64,000 nt of DNA. It comes from Syncephalis fuscata S228 (Eukaryota > Fungi > Zoopagomycota). The notes below the pieces were generated by a model. It saw nothing but the letters and a program-made list of their open reading frames with translations. It had not been told where the DNA came from and did no database searches. The stretch is taken from positions 1 to 64,000 of the forward strand of contig JAHLTZ010000041.1 in the NCBI GenBank assembly GCA_025786725.1, given 5' to 3'. The translations under genes and the position numbers were made by a program. This document shows positions 39,301 through 49,834 of this stretch, piece by piece (within the stretch, counting starts at the first letter, position 1; each line of letters begins with the position of its first letter).

Positions 39301-39901
39301 TCGAACACCCCCACGCGCATCAGTGTAAACATTGACCCCTGCTATCGCTACGCCGAAGCCATCAATCTAATGACTTAACCATTATAAATGCCAAATTCAG
39401 TTATTTCTACATTTATAGCATAATATTATATCACTCGTAGGCCGGTGATAATATGAATTTCAGTTATAATAAACTAATGTTATTATTAATTTGATCATTT
39501 TCAAGTCAATTCTAATTTTATGTCAGTGATTTTATTTAGTTACATCAGCGGCAGCTTTTGTGTGCACGTTAGTACCGGTCCCTAAACTTGATGGCTATAC
39601 TTACGATTCCTATTTGATAAAGCTCATACTTATAGTGTCGCTTATTAACTATACATGCAGTTTATATTCTGCACTAAACCATAATAAACATTTGTTTTAT
39701 TGAACATGGGGATGGATGGTGAATGACATCAAGTTCAAAATACTCGTCATCATAGATTCATTATCTAGTATGCATATATTCATCATTTACCTATATAACC
39801 ATTACAATATATAATTATTATAAAGAAAATTGATACAATAAGTTATTTTTTATTAATTCAATAAAAAGCGACACTAGTTTACTGCATTCCCATATTTAGT
39901 A
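36320..39901 (+). repeat. Segmental duplication unit, copy 3
   Basis: Flanks near-identical to copy 2; ends at catatttagta with no transposon following. Confidence 0.9.
37124..39328 (+). CDS. Secreted Cys-rich repeat protein, paralog 3 (4 domains, expanded mucin-like linkers)
   Basis: Same signal peptide and domain; linkers of tandem ~27-aa (81-84 bp) PVLPVPTPSVPTVEPVKxPVPVTTTT units. Confidence 0.9.
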   Translation: MKSSFILLAAIVLAAQSVAARPNTANGDCGFATLNCVRNTKNCGVTDQSLKVNGSCVNTIKISFIHNFKCNILYPICCGINQCKATEITQIPPRVPTLPVPAPSVPTVGPVKQPTPVTTTSTPVLPVPTPSTPIVTPPANENCGSVVLGCFRDTVKCGTLEQPLKVNGVCVDTIQVSATHKLKCAALHPICCRLNRCIVREITQTPPSVPAQPSTPVLPVPTPSVPTVEPVKLPVPVTTTTPVLPVPTPSVPTVEPVKLPVPVTTTTPVLPVPTPSVPTVEPVKQPVPVTTTTPALPVPTPSVPTVEPVKLPVPVTTTTPALPVPTPSVPTVEPVKQPVPVTTTTPALPVPSPSVPTVEPVKQPTPVTTSTPVLPVPTPSTPIVTPPANENCGSVVLGCFRNTVKCGTLEQPLKVNGVCVDTIQVSVTHNLKCAALHPICCGINRCTTTEISRTPQRVPALPVPTPSVPTVGPVKQPTPVTTTTTPVLSVPTPSVPTVEPVKLPVPVTTTTPALPVPTPSVPTVEPVKQPTPVTTTTTPVLPVPTPSVPTVEPVKQPVPVTTTTPALPVPTPSVSTVEPVKQPVPVTTTTTPVLSVPTSSVPTVEPVKLPVPVTTTTPALPVPTPSVPTVEPVKQPTPVTTSTPVLPVPTPSTPVVTRPPPANADCGSVVLGCFRNTVKCGVLEQPLKVNGICVDALQVNAIHNLGCAALHPICCGLNRCTATEISRTPPRASV

Positions 39902-40366
39902 ATATAAATTAACTAAATCTTTCCACGGTCCTGTACTTTAAATAAACTTTTCTTTATATTACTGTCGTTATTTTTCATTTATATAAAATATAACTATGTA
40001 ATCAAATACTCTCTATTAAGCAATAAAAAAATTCTTTTGGTACTATTTTTATATGCATTTATGTGCTTTATAATTGTTACTTTAATTTTATTGTGACATT
40101 ATAATTAATTACAAATGGTCAATTTTTTCTTTTTTACTCAATTGAATTAATTTCTCTGTTTATTTCCGTGTTAACAATAAATACATAAAACTATTTTTGC
40201 TTAAGTCTTTTAATAGCTTAAAATAAAATTTTCTTTTTTGTTTATAAATTGCCAAATAATCAACACAGTAACTTAAATGATATTGATTAAAAAGTAGGCT
40301 ATATATACTAAATAAATCATTTCCATTTTATTTAAATAAATTGACTATATAAAATATTTATTGAAA

Positions 40367-42991
40367 TTAAGCTTTAGAAATATTAATCATGACGTTGGGT
40401 GAGCGCCATACATCATAATCACTATTCTTAGTGGCATCCCCATATGGACGAAGCACCATTAATTCAAAATAATAGACTCCGTTTGCAAGATTGGCATTTT
40501 TGGATGTGTTTGTACCATCTACAACCGCATTACCATACCAATTGAACTTTTGATTAGCTCTATACGTAGCGTGTCTTCGGGGAAGGTTATCTTTAGAAGA
40601 TTCAGGAATGGCGCCAACTACTTTTTTGGTAGCGGCATCATATATGCGCGTTTTTGCGTGTAAACTAGGATATTCGACATCATACGACACAGCCATGACT
40701 TCATGGCCAGTCATTACATAGGGCGTTGTCGTGTCTAACGGTGGAATAGGCGTATTTGTTAGTCTATTAGTCATTTCAATGGTAGGATCCTGCTTTAAAA
40801 CGTGTATATCGCTTAAACGTCCTTTAATACCAAGATATGGTACATATATGGCATCATTTGATGGCGTGTTGTTTGAGTTTGTAGCTGGATCAAATACAAT
40901 ATAGCCTGAATATACCCATTTCTCAGCTTCAGGGAGCGTACTAGGTGGCGTGATTAACACATCAATGCTGCTGATTTGACCAGCGGCAATTTTTACATGA
41001 GTAGATGAAAATTTAACACTAGCTGGTGCTTTGCGCGTCTCGGGCTGGGACATTACTAAACCATTGGCATCCAAACCACATGCGGCTACAGCTGGAACGT
41101 GGGTAACGGTGTAGACGCGATCAGACTTTGACAAATTGGTAATATGCACAGTTCGATTGCGTGCATCACCATTGTGATTGCCAGGATATTGCGTGTCGTT
41201 AAGAGCAAGCCGTGATGGCGTAACAAGCGTGGTGCCAAAAATGGCTCGTTCAACATTAAGCAAGCCGGCGCCTTGACGTGCAACCGAGCTGATGAGAGTT
41301 TTGTCTTTAACTTCCGTGGCGGGACGAGCAGTGTTTTGGAACAGCTGGTGTAGACGAGTACGATCAACCTTCTCAGCGCCAGTGCCCAATTTATTATCGA
41401 TACCATTAACTTGTAGATAAAGTGCTATGGATCCGGCAACATATGGAGCAGCCATTGATGTACCACTCCTGATGCCGTATTTACCCATTGGCAATGGCTC
41501 GGTTGAGTAAATAAAGCCACCGGGAGCACCAATATCTGGTTTGATCTCAGCTTTGAAACTAGGTCCCCATGATGAAAAGTCGGACAAGTGGCCTGCTGTA
41601 GGCACATCTACTATAGTTTGTTTATCAAATAAAACTTTTTGACTTGGATTGTTTGCTAGACTTTTGGTAATCGCTTCGCCACTTGCTTTTTCAACAGTTG
41701 CCACATCGATGTTAATATCTGGCCTCATTGGAAAGCGCATTGGACCTGGCGTAATCTTGTGAATGATAATGGCAGCAGCACCAGCCTTCTCAGCATTCAA
41801 GCTCTTTACTTCCGGGGCACAATTGCTTTCTTGGACTAGTATAACTTTTTCGTTTACTTCGGGCCCAAACGGCTTGCATCCGAATACGTTGTCGGCGGGG
41901 CCAGCCACAACAATATCTGTAGCGTTTATTTTAATAGATCCAATCCCATTAATTAACGTATAAGTAAAGGTGGTATCAATCGCTGAACTGAGAGCCAGTG
42001 CAGGTACTGAGTTTTTGAGGTTATCAAGCGCTGCAACAGAGAAAGCGCTAGGTGCAACAGAAGGAGTACTGACCTCCCAGAGACCGGCATGTCCTGTGTT
42101 GCCTGCCGATGCTACAACAATCAAACCTTTTTGCGCAAGTATCTCTGCCATAAAAGCATTATTAGACTGAGGAATAGCACCAGCTTCACCAAGCGACAGA
42201 TTTACAATGTCCATACCATCGGCATAGGCACGATCTAATGCGGCAATGACGGCATCGTCTGCCGTGTCTCCGCTACAGCTAAATACTTTATAGGCACCAA
42301 ATGTAACTTCTGGAGCGACGCCGAGAAATGCTTCGTCATGTGCGCCAATAATACCAGCCACGTGTGTACCATGTCCAAAACATGTATCGCGAGGATCTGC
42401 ACTTTGAACAATACTACTTGTTGTGCTATTGAAATTGTTGCCGACAAAGTCCCATCCATAGGCGACACGGCATTTTGGACCAAAGCAGCCTCCTAAGGCT
42501 GGGTGCATGTAATCGATGCCGCTGTCGACAACACCAACCTTAACACCTTTGCCATAGGCTTTGTATTTTTTGTGCATCACATCCACGCCCGTCATACCAT
42601 GCGTGTATGATAATGGGTTGTCTTTTTTTGGTTGCTGTGGTCTAACACCAGGACCGGCTATTTGGTTAATTGGCCAAATACTCTTTACACCAGATATATC
42701 GTTGATAGTTTTATAATTTTTGCTATCAGTATCGATACTGATGGCGTTCACGGCAGCGGTAAGTGAATAGCGCACACGGAAATTAATGCTAAGCTTTGTC
42801 AAGCTATCGCGAAATGTAGCCTGCTGAGTAGCATCGTCGAGATAAATCATAAAAACATTATCAATTGTACCGACATTTGTTGCTGGTGCAAATACAGTAG
42901 GAGGTTGGCTTGGGACTTGTGCTTTTACTTGAGCCAGCACATCATTGGTGGCAAGTGCCAGCAATAAAGCAGCTAAAAGAATAGGCTTCAT
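40367..42991 (-). CDS. Secreted subtilisin-like S8 protease with PA and Fn3-like domains (intronless)
   Basis: Signal peptide; catalytic triad motifs VGVVDSGIDY, HGTHVAG, SGTSMAAP; PA insert; C-terminal extension. Confidence 0.95.
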   Translation of the reverse strand: MKPILLAALLLALATNDVLAQVKAQVPSQPPTVFAPATNVGTIDNVFMIYLDDATQQATFRDSLTKLSINFRVRYSLTAAVNAISIDTDSKNYKTINDISGVKSIWPINQIAGPGVRPQQPKKDNPLSYTHGMTGVDVMHKKYKAYGKGVKVGVVDSGIDYMHPALGGCFGPKCRVAYGWDFVGNNFNSTTSSIVQSADPRDTCFGHGTHVAGIIGAHDEAFLGVAPEVTFGAYKVFSCSGDTADDAVIAALDRAYADGMDIVNLSLGEAGAIPQSNNAFMAEILAQKGLIVVASAGNTGHAGLWEVSTPSVAPSAFSVAALDNLKNSVPALALSSAIDTTFTYTLINGIGSIKINATDIVVAGPADNVFGCKPFGPEVNEKVILVQESNCAPEVKSLNAEKAGAAAIIIHKITPGPMRFPMRPDINIDVATVEKASGEAITKSLANNPSQKVLFDKQTIVDVPTAGHLSDFSSWGPSFKAEIKPDIGAPGGFIYSTEPLPMGKYGIRSGTSMAAPYVAGSIALYLQVNGIDNKLGTGAEKVDRTRLHQLFQNTARPATEVKDKTLISSVARQGAGLLNVERAIFGTTLVTPSRLALNDTQYPGNHNGDARNRTVHITNLSKSDRVYTVTHVPAVAACGLDANGLVMSQPETRKAPASVKFSSTHVKIAAGQISSIDVLITPPSTLPEAEKWVYSGYIVFDPATNSNNTPSNDAIYVPYLGIKGRLSDIHVLKQDPTIEMTNRLTNTPIPPLDTTTPYVMTGHEVMAVSYDVEYPSLHAKTRIYDAATKKVVGAIPESSKDNLPRRHATYRANQKFNWYGNAVVDGTNTSKNANLANGVYYFELMVLRPYGDATKNSDYDVWRSPNVMINISKA

Positions 42992-43612
42992 TGGATGATT
43001 AGACTGATTATATTATTGTCTAATAACTGCAAATGCAAATATAGTAAATTGTTAAACAGAATAATAAGGATGAAATGGATTGCTAGTAGATAGCTTATAA
43101 CTGTGAATGATTTGTATTGTAGATAATTTAAGCAAAAAACATGAGATTTATATAGCTTCAGCGGTATCAGTGCAACTCATATATGAATAATAACCTGTTT
43201 ATTTACAAGCTGGCTTTGCCAAGATTATTTTTTAAAAAAGTACTTGATAGCTCATATTCACAAAGTCCTCAATTTTCTAGGATAAGGCCTATTTTTAAAT
43301 AAAAATAACCTGCTCATAGAAATGCTTTATCTATTTGCATCATATGCCATTCATTATAGCTATAACTATAATATTTGAGGAATTGCCAACAATAAACATA
43401 TACGTAACTTTTGTTTGCCTTGATTAAAGCCTTTGAAAGTAGAAATACGTTGTGTGCTTCATAAATACGACATACATTGAGTTTTAATTGGCAGATTCTA
43501 GTCATTTAAGCCAATTATTATTATACAACGATACTTAATAAATAACTCATATATAAATACTTATTTATTTATTGAATAAACATAACTGCGTTATAATGGA
43601 AAACAGCTATTT

Positions 43613-43905
43613 CAACTAAAGCAAATTGTTATCTTTTGCATTAGAGAGAAAGAAAAAAACGATTTCCTGCTATTAAATTCCAATGAATTCCATTATTATA
43701 TTTTGACTAAATGTAATAATATCAAGTCTATTTAGTATCAGTACATTGTACTGCATCTTTTGTATTTGCGCACAACATGTATTATGGTTTGTTCTAATAG
43801 ACGTAATATTGTTCAGTGATTTAGTTTACACTAAACTCCGATTTGCTAAAAATCAGCCAATATAATAGATTTAGTGAATCCATTGGATTATTAGACAATA
43901 AATCG
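43613..43905 (+). repeat. ~290-bp inverted repeat, left arm
   Basis: Reverse complement of 47400-47691 with few mismatches. Confidence 0.9.
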
Positions 43906-44690
43906 ATAGTACTCAGTATCGTATAGATTCAATCGTATCATAGGCAGTGAGAGCGATATAATGCAGTTACGGATCATACTGGCTACTAAAGAAAAGGAAA
44001 CATTTCAAATAGCCATTAATTCAACGCCACACTTGATACACTTCCTATTGTTCATTTGTCATACCTCATATCATTATGCACTCTACGCTACATGTGCTAT
44101 TTAGAAATGCTACCTATCTGTCTCTGGCTTTATTGGCTGTAAATTTCTTTTTATTTTGCCTATGTTGCTACCAGTTTACATTTTATAGTAAATCACTGTA
44201 GTTTTTTTATGACTTATATGAAAAAAAATAGTAAGCGACAAGTATCAAACATTTATATATTCTTAGTCAGCAACAATGTTGATGAGTATTGCCATTGCTG
44301 GTATAAACCAGCATGAAGTTAATACAAATGTAAAACATAATGTCGAGCGCCTATAGTGTTGCCCAACCAAAAGTAAATTGATCAATTAGTTTTAAAACTA
44401 TCAGTGGCTGTATTATTTAATAATGTATAAACAATAATAACAAGAGGTGGATAAATGAGTTAATCTTGATAAATTATAATTAAATATTTATTATTACTAT
44501 TAATTAACTAATTAATAAATTTGTTGCTCAATATTGGTCGTTACTTTGTATTGCCATTTTGAAAAACGGACTTTGCAACTTTCCATACTGCTTTAGACCA
44601 ATATTTGTTAATTTTCTAATTCTATCAATATCATAGCTAAGAATAGGTGATAGCTGCATTATAATTTTATAAACATCATTAATTTACTAA

Positions 44691-46874
44691 TTAATTAGAA
44701 ACAATACTCGCATCGACAGTCGCTCCAATGCAACTAATAGTATCAACCAAAGCATCAATATCGGATTCATGTATACTTGAATGCATCGGAATACGGAAAA
44801 AAAGTGGCTTATTTGGCAATGGAGCATGATCCACCTACGATATTGATAGCATAAACAGCAAGTTACTAGACCATTATACAACTCTTACCTGAAACCTTCC
44901 GGATTCATTAACTTGTTTATGAATGTATTTTGTTACCTTGTTTAGTATAAATTGCCATTGCTCCGGATTTCTCTCCTTCAAATCCTTATCAATCCATGAA
45001 GGAAAATACCTGTTACACATAAGTATTGGGTTTATATTTTTACAAACACATTTCTTACCAAAAGCAAACGTTAAATGTGCCAACTGGGCTAACTAAACAA
45101 AAATTGTTTCTATTTTTAAGAGTGTTGACAAAATATCTTGCCAATTCAAATGAACGATCGACACGTTGATTAAATCCCTAGATTTAAACAGTTGAGTCAT
45201 CTATACTATTAGATAATTGGATTAAACTACCTTTGTACCATAATACTTCCAAGCTAAAAATAGCTTCAAGGCATCTCCGCGACGGCCACAACCAATACTG
45301 CCATCTCCCAGATCATAAACATTGCCATGAAATAGATAACCAGCCTTGCTTGCATTTGCTTCATGAAGTATTTTTTGGCTACGTACAATTATTAACGAGC
45401 ATTGCACGGGAACACCAAGCATTTTATGAGGATTGATAGTAAACGAGTCGGCCTATTGAATAGTGTTAGTCAACAATCCAATTATAGTTGCTTTTACCTA
45501 CCATTGATAATCCGTTAGTTAAACTATTGTAATTTTCAGAGAAAATGACTGAGCCACCGTAGCTGCCATCAACATGAAGCCAAAGATTGTAACGTTGGGT
45601 AATCATCCCAATCTCTTCAAATGGATCAAATGCCGCCTGCCAAAATAATGTGTTAATGTAAAATACATGGTTAAACCATCATCGCAATATCTTACCATAA
45701 CTGTTGTCCCGGCAGTTGCATTAACGTAGAATGGTGATTCACCGCGATGTAGCGATTCTTGTACACAGCGATCTATACTATCATCAGCAACAGTGATACA
45801 AAAAACCTTAAATAACCGACCTAATTCACTGGCAATCATGCGGCCTTGTTCATCACACGGCACTTTAATGACTTGGTCTATGCCAATGCCCATTGCCATT
45901 GCTGCTTTGTCAACGCTATAATGACCTTGCGCAGACGTAAACATGGTCAACACTTCGCCACGACGTCCACCCTCCTATAGTAGCAGTTTAGATCATATAA
46001 TCGGCCATTCTAGCTATTTACCCGCTTAATATGTGGAAATTTAACATTGCGGGCCGTAATAGCGGAAAGTAGATTGGATGCAGAACCTCCTGGACAAACT
46101 AGACCTCCTGCCTCCTATTAGACAGGCAAGTAAGCAATCATTTTTTACAGATCAACTCTATAAAAATAACTACTTACTGATCCAAAGCCGATTAAATTGC
46201 CAATTTGCTGGCAGACTTGCATTTCCATTAGTGTCACTACCGGCGATACATGGTAGACGTGAACGTTGGCATTCAAAATGCCCAATAACAGTTCACTCAG
46301 CACACCTGTAGATTACCTTTTAGCCTTTGCCAGTTATTTAGCATTAGTAAACTTGCCTATAGGATTTGTACTAGCATATAATTTATCCATAAACCGTGGG
46401 TTCCACGGATTGACACTATACTTTAAAGTATCATCCACCAATGGCCAGATGCCTACAATTATAAACTTAATCATCTTGTTAAGTATGTCATTTTTCTACT
46501 TTACCATCAAGACCAAGGCCCGTATCGGGTAAGGCAAAATCTATTTGTTTTTGAAGTTCGGAAGGAGGCAATGACCGTACTACAGGTGTTTGTAGACACT
46601 TGCCATCTTGTACGACTATGTACCCTTTATTTAGTATCACTGGTACACTGCGCCATTGTTACTTACAGTCAACGGCCATCTTTCGTATTTTACTTAAAAT
46701 AACATCAAGCTCTGCGGCATCCGGACATAAGCTATGCTTTATATCATCTATAGGTATATGGTCAATGTCTACACCACGAAGGTCAACTGGAACCGGCGCA
46801 GGAGACCGTGGTGGTGTAGGTTGATAATCGACTAATATCGATGAATTCATTGGTACTTGAGAGACTGGATTCAT
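44691..46874 (-). CDS. Group II PLP-dependent decarboxylase (GAD/CSAD-like), multi-exon
   Basis: YSVNPWNPRFMDKLY, GLVCPGGSASN, HYSVDKAA, VNATAGTTV, WLHVDGSYGG, PLP-lysine motif INPHKMLGVPVQCS, CGRRGDALKL. Confidence 0.9.
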
Positions 46875-47399
46875 GGCACAGCAATATAGTATGAGGATTT
46901 GAATAAAATGTATTGTCAGTTATGTTGGAATAGATGGTGCAATAAAATCAATCATTTATATGTCGTCCGCCACTAATGACGATAGTCTATGACTAACATC
47001 ATTGTTTTCATTGGTTGTTTTGCACGAACACGGCCATTAAAACATCATTCATACCAGCTATTTACTATACCGGATACTCACCGTTTCAAGATATGACGTT
47101 TGTCAGAATACTACTTCAAGAAGTGACCACGCAGGTGCGAGTGCTTTTTGAGTTTAGCCATACTGTTGTGGAAGTATCGGAGTAAATACTCGGGAACTTG
47201 GAAAACTATTTTTATTGGTCAATCATTGATAGTAAATTCCCATGCGGCAACAAATAGATCCGAATCTTGGAACTGTTCATTGATCCGAATCTTCAAGCAG
47301 ATGACCAATGATGTCTCATCTATTAACAGCACACGATAATAAAGAATTAATCAAAGTATTATTATTTGCACCGATTAGGGAGAGGAAACAGAGAAAGAA

Positions 47400-47691
47400 C
47401 GATTTATTGTCTAATAATCCAATGAATTCACTAAATCTATTATATTGGCTGATTTTTAACAAATCAGAGTTTAGTGTAAACTAAATCACTGAACAATATT
47501 ACGTCTATTTGAACAAACCATAATACATGTTGTGCGCAAATACAAAAGATGCGGTACAATGTACTGATACTAAATAGACTTGATATTATTACATTTAGTC
47601 AAAATATAATAATGAAATTCATTGGAATTTAATAGCAGGAAATCGTTTTTTCTTTCTCTCTAATGCAAAAGATAACAATTTGCTTTAGTTG
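47400..47691 (-). repeat. ~290-bp inverted repeat, right arm
   Basis: Reverse complement of 43613-43905; begins 11 bp past the stop of the kinase-like gene. Confidence 0.9.
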
Positions 47692-47702
47692 ATTATTATA
47701 TC

Positions 47703-48927
47703 TCAAGCTTTTGGTGCCAATGGATACTTTTTATATTGTTCCAAATATTTCTGTGGCGTTGGAACTTTGTAAACACTGGCATCCATTAAAAGTTTGATTT
47801 TGTCGACCAGCGATTTCATAATTTGTTTAGATGTAGCTACGCCTATGGCTGCCGGTATCTTAGACGTACCTGCGTTGAAAAAGAATTCGTCGCGAAAATC
47901 GTTTATGCTAGGTTCCCAATATAGTCTGGTTGCCGATACCATTTCATAAATGGTCCTGCCGATAGCTTGCGTGTCCTTCTTCATGCTGTAGAAATCCTGA
48001 CGCTGATCACGCGGATTATTGCGTCGTGGTTTACCGTTTTGGTCATAATCCAGCGGCATTGATTCTTCATAGCCACTTATCCTCACCTTCGGTTTGCCAA
48101 ATGTACTAAGATTTACGCATATTCCTATTAAGAATAAACTATATTATTATTATTGATACAATTGGCAGACTTTTAGCTTACTATTAGGAGAAAGATTGCC
48201 ATAAGTTCTGCCAGCACGGTGTAAATAAGCAATACCTGCGGATTTTGTTAGTAGTTGATCATATTATACCAAAATAATATCCTACCACGCATTATTTGCT
48301 CCATTAACTTGGGCACAACCAAGGCTTTTCTCATTGCTGACATTCCACTAGTATATGTTATAACTGATTTCTCACAGTAGGATTCTGTTATGTAACAGCG
48401 TCCATCTTCCAAAGGAATGGAAAGTAAAGGGACAGTAAGAAATTCTCTTCCATCCATCGATACTCCTCGAAGATTTTTCCCCGCCATTATAAGACTCTAA
48501 TATTTTGTAAGTTTTCTAATAGCAACTCGATTTTACTTGCTATCTACCTACATTATATGCCAAAAAACGTTTATTTGCACCTGTACGAATTACTTCATTG
48601 TTGGGACAAATAATGTGTACATCCTTTTTGTTGTATTTGCCCAGAGCAAATGGTATATTTGCTGGATGAGGCAATAATTTAGTAATGGTAATGCCAGAGT
48701 TTTTGAAAAATGCATTTGGTTTATTTAGGGACTCTTGAAGAAACGTGGACGCTATACAATAATGTTAGTAGTGGTATTAGCCACATCTCTATCATAGATA
48801 GTAGTTTAAAGATATTACCTCGTTGACTTTCTGGTGTTATTGCAGCTCGTGCAGATATTAAATCTAAACTGAATAGCAAAACTAAACTGTTGAAAATAAC
48901 GATGGCACTAGGTCTATTGAATTTCAT
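47703..48927 (-). CDS. Secreted protein-kinase-like protein, probable pseudokinase (5 exons)
   Basis: Signal-peptide-like N-terminus; spliced sequence LMEQIMRGIAYLHRAGRTYGNLSPNRI..KVRISGYE..DTQAIGRTIYEMV follows kinase subdomains VIa-IX. Confidence 0.7.
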
Positions 48928-49834
48928 TGTCGTATACCCGTGATAATCCTAATTCACTTTGTTTCTATAAAAAGTTGTGTCTATAAGTGCGATCACACAT
49001 CAAGTGTAAAGTTGATAAAAGCGATTTTAGCAAAAAGAGTTATTTGCTTGTTACATTCGTCTGTCAGGCTTTATAAATAAATACAAGTCTTTAATAGCGT
49101 TTTATAGTTAAGTTTTTCCGATAGAAATCACCTATTTGTAGATGAGTTGTAACTCAACCTGACATGATCTCCATTTAAAGCAATGGAGGATTTGGCAGCG
49201 GATAATTAATCCTTTATTTAGATTTCTATAATTAGCTTTTCAAACGTTTTTTAGAAAATGTATAGCAACTGTAGTTTTCTATGCATTGAGTTTTACACTT
49301 TTGATGAATGTATAGCAAACATTATCATCGAGTAATAAAGCGCATTAATCAATTTAAAGCAGCTCTTCTTTCTAAAACTCTATGGCTGCTCTTAATATTT
49401 ATTACAAAATCTCCCTTCAAATATACCAATGACAATGCTGCACAAAAGGCTGTCACATTTGAATTTGAATTTTATAGAATTCTTAGCTGGAAAGTATATT
49501 AATTACATTCCATTTATCATTGTCGTTATAAATATATTCCCGTTAGTTTATCCATATACTGATTAATTCCTATATATCTGTGTACATGGATTCATTCTAT
49601 TGCCATTATGCTTTATACACTAGTATAATACTGATTAGTAATAACAAGCATCGAGCAACGACTAATATCAGCTTATCACAAGCAATAATAAAACAGCTTA
49701 TTGTTAAAAAGAACACTTTAATCGCATTATTATATTGCTTGTAAATAACAGTAATAATTACCAAAATTGTGCTATTTATTAACAATGCACCAACACTGCA
49801 ATCATCTAGTTTGTATGAATTTACATAATATTTA

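Noticed and set aside
43906-44690. Possible decayed gene between the inverted-repeat arm and the decarboxylase
   Set aside because: No sustained frame or recognisable motif could be reconstructed by eye
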